Below are positions 6,879 through 16,049 of a stretch of DNA of 28,902 nucleotides, one piece after another. How positions within the stretch are numbered: the first letter of the stretch is position 1; every line of letters begins with the position of its first letter. Under the pieces are notes generated by a model that was not told where the DNA came from, did not search any database, and saw only the letters and a list, made by a program, of their open reading frames with translations. This stretch comes from Lysobacterales bacterium (lineage in GTDB: Bacteria > Pseudomonadota > Gammaproteobacteria > Xanthomonadales > SZUA-5), in contig JALHMH010000050.1 of the NCBI GenBank assembly GCA_022844165.1, positions 1 to 28,902 on the forward strand, in the 5' to 3' direction. Position numbers and translations under genes: made by a program.

Positions 6879-9686
6879 ATGGACCAAAAAGTCGACGTTT
6901 CGCGCACCGATGTCGATGCGTTGGAAACGCAGGAATGGCTTGACGCGCTGGAAGCGGTGATCGAGCGTGATGGCCCGGAACGGGCGCATTTTCTGCTCGA
7001 CCGTATGGTCGAAGTGAGTCGTCGCGCTGGCGCGTTTTTGCCGTTCGACCCGACCACCGAATATATCAATACCATCCCGCCGCACCTGGAAGCCAAGAGC
7101 CCCGGGGACGCCGCGATCGAATGGCGCATCCGTTCGATCTTGCGCTGGAACGCAATGGCGATGGTCGTCAGAGCGAATCGGCGTCCTGGGGAACTGGGCG
7201 GACATATCGCCAGTTTCGCGTCATCCGCTACGCTCTATGACGTGGGCTTCAATCACTTCTTCCACGCCGCCGGCAACGGCCATCCGGGCGATTTGTTGTA
7301 CATCCAGGGACACAGCTCGCCCGGCATCTACGCGCGCGCATTCCTCGAAGGGCGCCTGAAGGAAGAACAACTCGATAACTTCCGACGCGAAGTCGACGGC
7401 CAGGGCATCAGCTCCTATCCGCACCCTTGGCTGATGCCGGACTTTTGGCAAACGCCAACCGTGTCGATGGGCTTGGGCCCGATCACCGCGATTTATCAGG
7501 CGCGCTTTTGGAAGTATCTGGAACACCGCGGCCTGATTCCCAAGAGCAACCGCAAAGTCTGGTGCTTCATGGGCGATGGCGAGACCGATGAGCCCGAATC
7601 CCTGGGCGCTATTTCGTTGGCCGGGCGCGAGGGTTTGGACAACCTGATTTTCGTGATCAACTGCAACCTGCAGCGCCTCGACGGGCCGGTGCGTGGCAAT
7701 GGCAAGATCATCCAGGAACTGGAGGGCGTCTTCCGCGGTGCGTCGTGGAACGTGCTCAAGGTGTTATGGGGAAGCTACTGGGACGGCCTTTTCGCGCGCG
7801 ATGCCAAAGGCATGCTGCGCAAAATCATGATGGACACCGTCGATGGCGAGTATCAGAACTACAAAGCCAAGGGCGGCGCTTACACACGGGAAAACTTCTT
7901 TGGGAAAACGCCGGAGACCGCGGCGATGGTCACCAACCTCGCCGATGAGGACATCTGGCATCTGAACCGTGGCGGCCACGATCCGCACAAAGTGTACGCT
8001 GCCTATCACGCCGCCAGTCACCATCAAGGTCAGCCAACCGTCATCCTCGCCAAGACCGTCAAGGGTTACGGCATGGGCAAAGCCGGTGAGGCACAGAACA
8101 TCACGCACCAACAGAAGAAGCTGGATAACGCCGCAGTGCGCGCGTTCCGCGATCGCTTCAATATTCCGATTCCCGACGACAAAGTCGACGAAGTGCCGTA
8201 CTACCACCCGGGGCCGGATTCGCCGGAGGTCAAGTACGCTCTGGCACGTCGCACCGCACTGGGCGGGCCATTACCCGCGCGTCGACGCAAGGCGGACGAG
8301 TCCTTACCGACGCCCGAGCTGGCGGTGTTCGATCGACTGCTGAAGTCCTCCGGCGAGCGCGAAATCTCGACCACTATGGCCTTCGTGCAGGCGTTGAACG
8401 TGATCCTGCGCGATCAACACGTGGGCCCACGTACCGTGCCGATCGTCGCCGATGAGGCGCGCACCTTCGGCATGGAAGGGTTATTCCGGCAAATCGGCAT
8501 TTACGCGCCGTTCGGGCAAAAGTACAAACCGATGGACGCGGATCAGTTGATGTATTACCGCGAAGACGAGGCCGGGCAGGTGCTGCAGGAAGGCATCACC
8601 GAAGCTGGTGCGTTCTCGTCGTGGCTCGCGGCGGCAACCAGCTACAGCAGCAACAACCTGCAGATGCTGCCGTTCTTCATTTTCTACTCAATGTTCGGCA
8701 TGCAGCGCGTGGGCGATCTGGCATGGCTCGCAGGCGATATGCGCGCGCGGGGCTTTTTGCTTGGCGCCACTGCGGGACGCACTACACTCAACGGCGAGGG
8801 CCTGCAACACGAAGACGGCCACTCGCATTTGCTTGCTGGCGCAATCCCGAACTGCAAGAGCTACGATCCGACATTTGCGTTCGAGGTGGCCGTCATCCTG
8901 CAGCACGGCATGCAGCGCATGCTCACCGAGCAGCGCGACGAGTACTACTACATCACGCTGATGAACGAAAACTACCCGCACCCGGAAATGCCCGAGGGCG
9001 CGGCGCAGGGCGTGATTCGTGGCATGTATTTGCTGAGCACGGGGCACGGGGTACGGGGGCGCAGCGAATCGCTTGCGAGCGAAGCTCGCGATTCGCGGAG
9101 CGACGCCGAGCTGCGCTCGGCGGCCGGATCGGGGAGCGTGGCCGCGTCTGGGAAGGGCAAGGCCAAGAAAAAGGACAGTGACGCTCTGCACGTCAATCTT
9201 TTGGGCTCGGGTACAATCCTTCGCGAAGCGATGGCGGCGGCGGAGTTGCTTTCGGCGGATGAAGGCGTGAGCGCCAGCATCTACTCTTGCCCCAGCTTCA
9301 ACGAACTGCGCCGCGATGGCGCGGATTGCGAGCGCCACAATCGTTTGCATCCGGGCGCCGAACCGCGCGCGAGCTATGTGTCGCAGGTGCTCAAAGGCGC
9401 CAGCGGCCCGGCCATCGCCTCCACCGATTATGTGCGCGCCTACGCCGAGCAAATCCGCCCGTATCTGCCGCATGGCATGCGCTACAGCGTGCTTGGAACC
9501 GATGGCTTCGGTCGCAGCGATACCCGTGCGAATTTGCGCCGCTTCTTCGAAGTTGACCGTTACCACATCGCCGTCGCTGCACTCTCGGCGCTGGCCGACG
9601 AAGGCAGCATCGAACGCAGCCGGGTCGCGGCGGCGATCAAGCGCTACGGAATCGACACAGAGAAGGCGAATCCGGAGACGGTGTGA
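6879..9686 (+). CDS. aceE: Pyruvate dehydrogenase E1 component (homodimeric type) with an in-frame insertion
   Basis: DVDALETQEWLDAL, GGHIASFASSA, TPP-binding GDGETDEPES...NCNLQRLDGPV, GRTTLNGEGLQHEDGHSH, LGTDGFGRSD; GGAGG RBS upstream. Confidence 0.98.
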   Translation: MDQKVDVSRTDVDALETQEWLDALEAVIERDGPERAHFLLDRMVEVSRRAGAFLPFDPTTEYINTIPPHLEAKSPGDAAIEWRIRSILRWNAMAMVVRANRRPGELGGHIASFASSATLYDVGFNHFFHAAGNGHPGDLLYIQGHSSPGIYARAFLEGRLKEEQLDNFRREVDGQGISSYPHPWLMPDFWQTPTVSMGLGPITAIYQARFWKYLEHRGLIPKSNRKVWCFMGDGETDEPESLGAISLAGREGLDNLIFVINCNLQRLDGPVRGNGKIIQELEGVFRGASWNVLKVLWGSYWDGLFARDAKGMLRKIMMDTVDGEYQNYKAKGGAYTRENFFGKTPETAAMVTNLADEDIWHLNRGGHDPHKVYAAYHAASHHQGQPTVILAKTVKGYGMGKAGEAQNITHQQKKLDNAAVRAFRDRFNIPIPDDKVDEVPYYHPGPDSPEVKYALARRTALGGPLPARRRKADESLPTPELAVFDRLLKSSGEREISTTMAFVQALNVILRDQHVGPRTVPIVADEARTFGMEGLFRQIGIYAPFGQKYKPMDADQLMYYREDEAGQVLQEGITEAGAFSSWLAAATSYSSNNLQMLPFFIFYSMFGMQRVGDLAWLAGDMRARGFLLGATAGRTTLNGEGLQHEDGHSHLLAGAIPNCKSYDPTFAFEVAVILQHGMQRMLTEQRDEYYYITLMNENYPHPEMPEGAAQGVIRGMYLLSTGHGVRGRSESLASEARDSRSDAELRSAAGSGSVAASGKGKAKKKDSDALHVNLLGSGTILREAMAAAELLSADEGVSASIYSCPSFNELRRDGADCERHNRLHPGAEPRASYVSQVLKGASGPAIASTDYVRAYAEQIRPYLPHGMRYSVLGTDGFGRSDTRANLRRFFEVDRYHIAVAALSALADEGSIERSRVAAAIKRYGIDTEKANPETV
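9037..9122. repeat. Heptamer tandem repeat plus two GC-rich hairpins (REP-like element) inside aceE
   Basis: (GYACGGG)x3 at 9037-9057; hairpin GCGAATC-gctt-GCGAGC-GAA-GCTCGC-GATTCGC at 9064-9096; perfect hairpin CGCCGAGC-TGC-GCTCGGCG at 9104-9122. Confidence 0.75.
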
Positions 9687-10300
9687 GCCAGGGTCAGCCG
9701 CGCAAACGGATCGGCCGCTGGGTCGATGCCCTATCGCGGCTCGCATCGTCATGGCGTCGGCCGCCGGAGTCGCTGCCCAATTTCCAGCGCGACTATTCGC
9801 ATATCCGGGTCGGGTTGGCGACACCCAGCATGGCCGAGCAGATCGCAGCGATGTCGCGCGATGAGGTTGAAGTCGGACTCGGCTGGCAATGGACGCCGCA
9901 ACGTGTTTGGGAGTCGATCCGCGACCGCCGCTGCAATGTCGCAGTGGTGCGCGAACATCAGCGCGTGTTGGCGTTCGCCATCATGCGCTATGAAGAAACC
10001 ACCGCGCACTTGATGTTGCTGGCCGTACGGCCAGAATTTCGCCGCAAGGGTTTTGCGAGCGCGTTGATCCGCTGGTTAGAAGACGTCGCCCGCGAAGCCG
10101 AGTTGCGATGCATTTTCGTCGAGTGCCGTCGCAACAACGACGCCGCGCGGCTGCTGTACCTCGAATGCGGGTTCTACGAAACCACCCTCCAGCCGCGGAT
10201 GTACCGCCGCCGCGAGGACGGCATCCATCTGGAAAAGTGGCTGCGCACCCCTGAGGCAGCGTCCGACTGGCGGCGATGGCCAAAGACCGATCGACGGTGA
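9683..10300 (+). CDS. GNAT (RimI-like) N-acetyltransferase
   Basis: AHLMLLAVRPEFRRKGFASAL acetyl-CoA motif, NDAARLLY..GF, Y...EDG; GTGA overlap with the aceE stop. True start could be downstream. Confidence 0.85.
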   Translation: MSQGQPRKRIGRWVDALSRLASSWRRPPESLPNFQRDYSHIRVGLATPSMAEQIAAMSRDEVEVGLGWQWTPQRVWESIRDRRCNVAVVREHQRVLAFAIMRYEETTAHLMLLAVRPEFRRKGFASALIRWLEDVAREAELRCIFVECRRNNDAARLLYLECGFYETTLQPRMYRRREDGIHLEKWLRTPEAASDWRRWPKTDRR

Positions 10301-10322
10301 TGCAGAGGCATTGAGGGAACGC

Positions 10323-10786
10323 ATGGCAACGATCAAGGACCTGACCCCTTGCCCGGCGCAGCCACTTGTTGAGGATTCGCTGCGCGCAATTGCTTGGCCA
10401 GGTCGCGAAAGTCAGTTCGCTTGCGGTAACGTGCCCGCGAACTTCTTCGCAAAGCTGGCGCAGATCAGTGCGAGCTGTGTCAGTTCAACAGTCCGAGCTT
10501 TTCGGCCAATGTCTTTGTTCCAGGCAACAACTGCATCTTCATCGCGCCCGTCGCAATCGTCCATTACGTCGCCGCGCCTTGGTATGTGCCGCCTGCGGAG
10601 TTCATTCATGCAACGATGACTTGCCCGCCAACGCGCAGTATCGGCTACATGAAGATGTTGTTCGCTAACGGGGCCGTGTTTTGCTCGCAGGGCGCGATTG
10701 AGCAGTACCCCTTACGTGGATGTCTCGATGGCTGTGGGACGGAACCGGTCTGCCTAAAGTTGGCGTTCAGGAACAATCGTTGGTAA
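10323..10786 (+). pseudogene. Frameshifted conserved-hypothetical gene (CxxC...HY...YxPP type)
   Basis: One frame gives MATIKDLTPC...RAIAWPGRESQFACGNVPANFFAKLAQ. A second frame from 10463 gives DQCELCQFNSPSFSANVFVPGNNCIFIAPVAIVHYVAAPWYVPPAEFIHATMTCPPTRSIGYMKMLFANG. Joined, they resemble a recognisable hypothetical family. RBS-like GAGGGA upstream. Confidence 0.65.
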
Positions 10787-11479
10787 CCAGAATGGCGCCG
10801 CTCCGGCATCTGAGCGCGCATCGAAAAGCGTCCGGTCTTTAACTTCGGCGCGAACCAGCGTCAGTGCACGGTGCACATCGCCACTGTTGTCGAACATCAG
10901 CGTGGCATCCGCAATCTTTCGGGCGGCCGAAATGGCGGCTTGGGTTCTGGGGAATCGATCCCGCAGCTTCTGCTCGGGGACATTGTGTCCGCCGCGCGCC
11001 ACGCGCGACAGCACGCGTGCGATCGACAACTCGACATTCGCCAAGCCCACAAAAATGAGCAACACGAAATAGCCGGCAACTTGGAGCTTCTCGATCTTGT
11101 CAATCTTGGACTTCGGTCGAGCACCGTCGCCTTGCGGCTGCCAGTAGGAAAACACAGTCTCGAAAGCAAACGGCAATCCTTCGCGCATCGCCCCGACCGT
11201 GAAGGCCTCGACGCTAGCCTGTGCTACACGCATCCAGCTTTCGTTGTCATCGCGCAGCGTCTGAGCCCAAGTCGGGAGCGGTCGCTCCCTATCTTCAGGA
11301 AGAATCGATAGCATCATGCGATCGGCGTTGATGAGCGGCATTTGCAGCTGATCGGACAAACGCCGATACCAGAGTGTCGACTTTCCGGAACCGTTGTGGC
11401 CCGCCAGCACAACGGCCATCGGTTTACCGGACGCGCGGTGGCCGGCAAAAACAGCAGTCTCGGCCTGCGCTGGCGTCAC
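10754..11479 (-). CDS. Zeta-toxin-like P-loop kinase/ATPase (COG4185 type)
   Basis: VVLAGHNGSGKST Walker A, INAD, FAFETVFS, RVLSRVARGGHNVPE and FDNS motifs typical of short zeta-toxin family proteins. Confidence 0.85.
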   Translation of the reverse strand: MTPAQAETAVFAGHRASGKPMAVVLAGHNGSGKSTLWYRRLSDQLQMPLINADRMMLSILPEDRERPLPTWAQTLRDDNESWMRVAQASVEAFTVGAMREGLPFAFETVFSYWQPQGDGARPKSKIDKIEKLQVAGYFVLLIFVGLANVELSIARVLSRVARGGHNVPEQKLRDRFPRTQAAISAARKIADATLMFDNSGDVHRALTLVRAEVKDRTLFDARSDAGAAPFWLPTIVPERQL

Positions 11480-11784
11480 GCTGCGACGAACTGGCCGTCG
11501 ACCAGATGCCCCTCTTCTCGCTTGCCATCAAGCTCGCGGATGAGAACCGCAGGCTTTCGCTCGTCGATAAAAAACTTCGGCACCGACGCCGGAAAATCGA
11601 GCTCGACGCCAGAGCGCACGAATACGCCTTGCGCTCGACGCAGAGCCTCCTGACTGGCCCTAACGTTGGCTGCAAAGACATCAGGATCGCGCTCAGCGCG
11701 AAGTTCAACGGAGCCAAAAGAGAGCGTGATCGGCTCGCCATTGGTCGCCTGTCTGGTCTTCTGGTCAATGATCATCTCTGGCAT
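11476..11784 (-). CDS. Small hypothetical protein, putative antitoxin/partner of the zeta-like gene
   Basis: 102 aa, GGAGG RBS just upstream of the ATG, 4-nt GTGA overlap with the downstream zeta-like ORF. Confidence 0.7.
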   Translation of the reverse strand: MPEMIIDQKTRQATNGEPITLSFGSVELRAERDPDVFAANVRASQEALRRAQGVFVRSGVELDFPASVPKFFIDERKPAVLIRELDGKREEGHLVDGQFVAA

Positions 11785-11885
11785 ACGTCCTCCAGATAAA
11801 CCTCACGTCCATCGTACCGCAACTCCATAACTACGCCAACGATGATGGGCAAGTGAACCGTGCCAACGATCGGTAACAGCAAGTC

Positions 11886-11909
11886 GCGGTCCGCAATACG
11901 CCGGACCGC
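11886..11909. terminator. Stem-loop downstream of htpX, possible terminator
   Basis: GCGGTCCG-N8-CGGACCGC perfect 8-bp stem; no clear U tract. Confidence 0.3.
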
Positions 11910-11945
11910 CGGTCGCTCAGGTTGGCTCGCGGCACGCCGCGGTTT

Positions 11946-12821
11946 TCACCCCTGTCGCAACGCCGCGATGCGCTCTTCCAGCGGTGGGTGTGTCATGAAC
12001 AGTTTCTTCAAGCCGCTGGCAACCCCGCCCGAAATGCCGAAGGCGGCGACCTCGCTGGGCAATGCACTCTGGCCACGGTTGTTTTGCAGCCGCGCCAGCG
12101 CGGCGATCATCTTGTCGCGACCCGCCAACGCGGCCGCCCCGGCATCGGCGCGGAACTCGCGGCGCCGTGAGAACCACATCTGGATCACCGAAGCGATCAA
12201 GCCGAAAATGATCTCCAACACGAATACGATCGCGAAGTAACCCAGGCCCGGGCCGTCGCCCGGATTGCGTTTGAAAACGACGCTATCGATCAATTGCCCG
12301 ATCACCCGCGACAGGAACACGACAAAGGTGTTGAGCACGCCCTGGATCAGAGCAAGCGTGACCATATCGCCGTTGGCGACGTGACTGACTTCATGTGCCA
12401 GCACGGCTTCGACTTCGTCTCGCGTCATGCCACGCAATAAGCCGGTGCTCACAGCCACCAGGGCATTGTTCTTGTTCATGCCGGTGGCGAAGGCATTCAA
12501 TTCCGGCGCGTCGTAGATGGCAACGTCCGGCATGCCGATCCCAGCCGCTTGTGCCTGACGCCGGACGGTATCGACCACCCAACGCTCCTCCGGCGTACGC
12601 GCATCTTTGATGATCTGGGCGCCGGTCGAACGCAGCGCCATCCACTTGGACATCGCCAGCGAAATAAAGCTGCCGGCAAAGCCGATGATCGAAGCCATGA
12701 TCAGCAAACCGGTCATGCTGCGTGGGTGAATCCCGAACGCAGGACCGATGATGCTCATCACGATGCTCAACATCGCGATAATGGCGATATTGGTGCCAAC
12801 GAAAAGCAGTACGCGGGTCAT
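11946..12821 (-). CDS. htpX: Membrane zinc metalloprotease HtpX
   Basis: NAFATG, AVLAHEVSHVANGDMVT (HExxH), FSRRREFRAD, THPPLEERIAAL. Confidence 0.97.
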   Translation of the reverse strand: MTRVLLFVGTNIAIIAMLSIVMSIIGPAFGIHPRSMTGLLIMASIIGFAGSFISLAMSKWMALRSTGAQIIKDARTPEERWVVDTVRRQAQAAGIGMPDVAIYDAPELNAFATGMNKNNALVAVSTGLLRGMTRDEVEAVLAHEVSHVANGDMVTLALIQGVLNTFVVFLSRVIGQLIDSVVFKRNPGDGPGLGYFAIVFVLEIIFGLIASVIQMWFSRRREFRADAGAAALAGRDKMIAALARLQNNRGQSALPSEVAAFGISGGVASGLKKLFMTHPPLEERIAALRQG

Positions 12822-12976
12822 GATGGAAACCTCAAACCAAGTTTTTCAGAAGATGGGTACAGTCTTGGGAACGCCAAGGGTACTGGAAGCTTAGACGACA
12901 TTTGCTTAAGGATTTGTTGAGGTTTGGCTGGGCGTAGCGATAAGCTCATGCCAGATATGGTCGCCGGCTGACCCCA

Positions 12977-13834
12977 TTGCCAGACAATCGCTTCTATCGT
13001 GGGCGTTTCGCGCCCTCGCCAACGGGGCCACTTCATGCAGGGTCTATCGTCGCCGCTCTGGCCAGTTGGCTGGACGCACGTGCCTACGGTGGACAGTGGT
13101 GGGTGCGCGTCGAGGACATTGATCCACCACGGGAAATCAAAGGCGCGAGTCAGGCCATACTGCAAACGCTGGCTCAGCTCGCATTGGTCAGCGATGCACC
13201 GGTGCTCTACCAACACACGCGTATCGCCGTCTATGAAGCGGAGATCGAGCGGCTGCTGAAAAAAGGCCTGGCATTCGAATGTCGCTGTTCGCGCCGGGAT
13301 CTTGCGCCCAGCGGAATTCACCGGGGCCGTTGCTCCCCACTTGCGGCGCGGCGGGCACCGTCCATTCGATTTTTGGTGCCGGCGGCAACGGTCGGTTTCG
13401 AGGACCGCTGGGTGGGCAGGTTCGCACAAGCGCTGCATGAGGCGGTTGGCGATGTGGTTTTGCGCCGCGCCGATGGACTCATCGCTTATCAACTTGCGGT
13501 CGTCGTGGACGACGCGTATCAGAGCATCACCGACATTGTTCGTGGTCGCGATTTGCTCGACTCGACGCCCAGACAAATTGCGCTGGGTGCGGCGCTAGGT
13601 TATCCGCCGCTGCGCTATCTGCATGTGCCCGTCGTGTGCGGCGAAGATGGCCAGAAGCTCAGCAAGCAGCGCCGGGCGGAAGGCGTCGATGCCAGCGATG
13701 CGCTCGCGGTGTTGAACCAAGCCGCGCGGCATCTGGGTTTAGCCAGCGCCGCGACCGATGATGTGGCCGCGGCGCTGGCGGTCTGGACCGCGCAATGGCG
13801 CGATCAGAACGCCCAGTTGGTCGTCAGCACGTAA
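12977..13834 (+). CDS. gluQ: Glutamyl-queuosine tRNA(Asp) synthetase
   Basis: YRGRFAPSPTGPLHAGS, RVEDIDPPRE, CRCSR, AYQLAVVVDD, VRGRDLL, KLSKQ; 285 aa with no anticodon-binding domain. Confidence 0.95.
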   Translation: MPDNRFYRGRFAPSPTGPLHAGSIVAALASWLDARAYGGQWWVRVEDIDPPREIKGASQAILQTLAQLALVSDAPVLYQHTRIAVYEAEIERLLKKGLAFECRCSRRDLAPSGIHRGRCSPLAARRAPSIRFLVPAATVGFEDRWVGRFAQALHEAVGDVVLRRADGLIAYQLAVVVDDAYQSITDIVRGRDLLDSTPRQIALGAALGYPPLRYLHVPVVCGEDGQKLSKQRRAEGVDASDALAVLNQAARHLGLASAATDDVAAALAVWTAQWRDQNAQLVVST

Positions 13835-14529
13835 CGCGATCCGTCGTTGCGACCGAACAGATTTTCGGTGGCGTGGACCCACTGCAGGCCCACGGTCATC
13901 GGCCCAAACTCCTTGCTGATGCCCACGCTGAAATCTTGGTAGGAATCGCCGAGGGCGTCGTCCAGGTCATAGTGGCCTGCACTGCCCGTCAGGTTCAACT
14001 CGCCCCACGGCAACGGATAGCTGCCGCTGACGCCGTAATAGATGCCGGTTTCGTCCGAGCCAAAAACGTCGTTCGAGTAGCCGAGCAGGAAACTCAGGTA
14101 GTCGCCGACGCCCAGCGAGACGAGCAACTCGTTGTAATCGTAAGCGCCATCCGGGACAACATCGCCATCGCTGTTGATAAAACGCTCTTGATCGATGTAC
14201 ACATAGCGCAAGATGGAGATGTCGAAGGACACGACATCGTTGATCGGTGTTGAAAAGCCGATGTACCAATCGGATTCGATATTGGCGCCATCGTTTGGTA
14301 CGAAGTCGACGCGCGAGGCCCAGACGCCCGCATAAAAGCCGCTGTCGTGCGCGTATTCAGCGGATGCCTGCCACGCCGGGCCTTCGTTGGTCTGCGACAC
14401 ACCGCGAAACGCGTAATCGCTCACGGCACCGAAAGAAAACGCAAACGGACTGGAAGCTTCTTCGTCCTGCGCAAGCGCTGGCAGCGACAAGGTGGCAAGC
14501 AAGGTGGCGGCAAGCAAAGTGCGAATCAT
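13804..14529 (-). CDS. TorF-family putative outer-membrane porin (TIGR02001 type)
   Basis: Signal peptide MIRTLLAATLLATLSLPALA, VSDYAFRGVSQT..GPA, GFYAGVWAS.VDF, YDYNE, C-terminal Phe. Confidence 0.88.
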   Translation of the reverse strand: MIRTLLAATLLATLSLPALAQDEEASSPFAFSFGAVSDYAFRGVSQTNEGPAWQASAEYAHDSGFYAGVWASRVDFVPNDGANIESDWYIGFSTPINDVVSFDISILRYVYIDQERFINSDGDVVPDGAYDYNELLVSLGVGDYLSFLLGYSNDVFGSDETGIYYGVSGSYPLPWGELNLTGSAGHYDLDDALGDSYQDFSVGISKEFGPMTVGLQWVHATENLFGRNDGSRYVLTTNWAF

Positions 14530-14684
14530 GGGTGTGGCTCCGTTGGGTGGGTCGGATGAGATTGTGAAGCTAATCTGACCACATTGGCTAGAGTCGTTGC
14601 TCAGCCAGTCAGCCATTTTCCTCACACTGACACAAGCATTCACGACTGCGTACACTTCGGTGGTCGAAAAAGCTGGGAAAACAA

Positions 14685-16049
14685 ATGCATCTCGAAGTCC
14701 TTGTGCCGGCCAAATCGGCCTGCCCGCTCGATGTGGTTCTGGAAACGGAAGCGAAGATCTGGCTTCAGCGGCAGACAGCCGCAGCGCAGGCGCAACTGGC
14801 GGCGCAGCGTTTCGACCCGCGCCGTTTTGCGCATGGCGTTATTTTCGGGCCGGACGGCGAACCGCAATCGGCCGTGGTTGTGGTCAAATCCCTGGCAGAC
14901 GGCTGGGGATTGAGCATGAGCGCCGCCACGTTGCCGCCGATCGCCTTCGCGGCGACTGTGGACTTGCCCGATTCGGTGCTGGTGGGTTTTGCACTGGGCA
15001 GCTACCAATATTTGCGCTACCGGCCTTCGATGCAGCGCCCGATGGCCAGTCTTGTGGTCGCACAAGATGAGCGCCGTGCGCGATTGAATGCCATCGTACG
15101 AGCGGTCTTCGGCGCGCGCGATTTGGTCAATACACCCACCGAGCATCTCGGACCAGACGAGCTCCAGGCCCACATCGAGGCGCTGGGTGGCCAATACGCT
15201 GCCAATGTGCGGAGTATCAGCGGTGATGCGCTGTTAGAACAGAACTTCCCCGCGATTCACGCAGTCGGGCGAGCCAGCCACCGCGCGCCGCGCCTGATCG
15301 AGTTGACGGCGGGCGATCCGCAGCATCCGCGGGTCGCGATTGTCGGCAAAGGCGTTTGCTTCGACACTGGAGGCCTTGATATCAAAGCCGCCGATGGCAT
15401 GGCATGGATGAAAAAAGACATGGGCGGCGCCGCGGTGGCGATAGAGCTGACGCGTCTGGTGTTGGGCGCGAGGTTGCCCGTGCGCTTGCAACTGCTCGTG
15501 CCCGCTGTCGAGAACGCCATCGGGCCGGACGCCTATCGCCCTGGGGAGGTGATCGCCACGCGCGCTGGCGTAACGGTTGAGATCGGTAATACCGATGCCG
15601 AAGGCCGCGTCATTCTGTGCGACGCGCTGACCTATGCACTGGAACAAAAGCCAGCGTTGCTGCTCGATTTTGCGACACTCACGGGCGCAGCGCGAATCGC
15701 GCTGGGCCCGGACCTGCCGGCGCTGTTTTGCAACGATGATAGCCTGGCCAATGGACTGCTCGCGGCGGGCAAGGCGGTCACGGATCCACTTTGGCCGATG
15801 CCGTTGTGGGACGACTATTGTCCGATGCTGGAGAGCAAAATCGCAGATCTCAACAATGCCGGCGCATCGAAGATGGCCGGCGCGGTGACCGCAGCGCTGT
15901 ACCTGAAGCGCTTCGTGCCGGACGCCACGCCCTGGGCGCATCTGGATACCTATTGTTGGAGCGACGGCAAACCGGGCCGGCCCGCCGGGGGCGATTGCCA
16001 GGGATTGCGCGCGGCCTTTGCGTATTTGAGCGAGCGTTACCCGGCGTGA
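14685..16049 (+). CDS. Leucyl aminopeptidase, M17 family
   Basis: VGKGVCFDTGGLDIK, MKKDMGGAA, NTDAEGRVILCD, DFATLTGAA, WAHLD. Confidence 0.95.
   Translation: MHLEVLVPAKSACPLDVVLETEAKIWLQRQTAAAQAQLAAQRFDPRRFAHGVIFGPDGEPQSAVVVVKSLADGWGLSMSAATLPPIAFAATVDLPDSVLVGFALGSYQYLRYRPSMQRPMASLVVAQDERRARLNAIVRAVFGARDLVNTPTEHLGPDELQAHIEALGGQYAANVRSISGDALLEQNFPAIHAVGRASHRAPRLIELTAGDPQHPRVAIVGKGVCFDTGGLDIKAADGMAWMKKDMGGAAVAIELTRLVLGARLPVRLQLLVPAVENAIGPDAYRPGEVIATRAGVTVEIGNTDAEGRVILCDALTYALEQKPALLLDFATLTGAARIALGPDLPALFCNDDSLANGLLAAGKAVTDPLWPMPLWDDYCPMLESKIADLNNAGASKMAGAVTAALYLKRFVPDATPWAHLDTYCWSDGKPGRPAGGDCQGLRAAFAYLSERYPA

Noticed and set aside
9036-9149. Intein or self-splicing intron as the explanation for the aceE insertion
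   Set aside because: Too short, with no intein terminal His-Asn motif and no group I/II intron features.
6879-10300. aceE without adjacent aceF/lpdA
   Set aside because: To my knowledge a separated aceE is usual in Xanthomonadales, so it is not treated as novel.
13804-13834. Short convergent overlaps gluQ/porin (31 bp) and hydrolase/trmL (14 bp)
   Set aside because: Short tail-to-tail overlaps are common, and the proteins involved appear complete.
14584-14602. Sigma-54-like TTGGC...TTGC motif between the porin and peptidase genes
   Set aside because: GG-to-GC spacing is 11 nt rather than the required 10.
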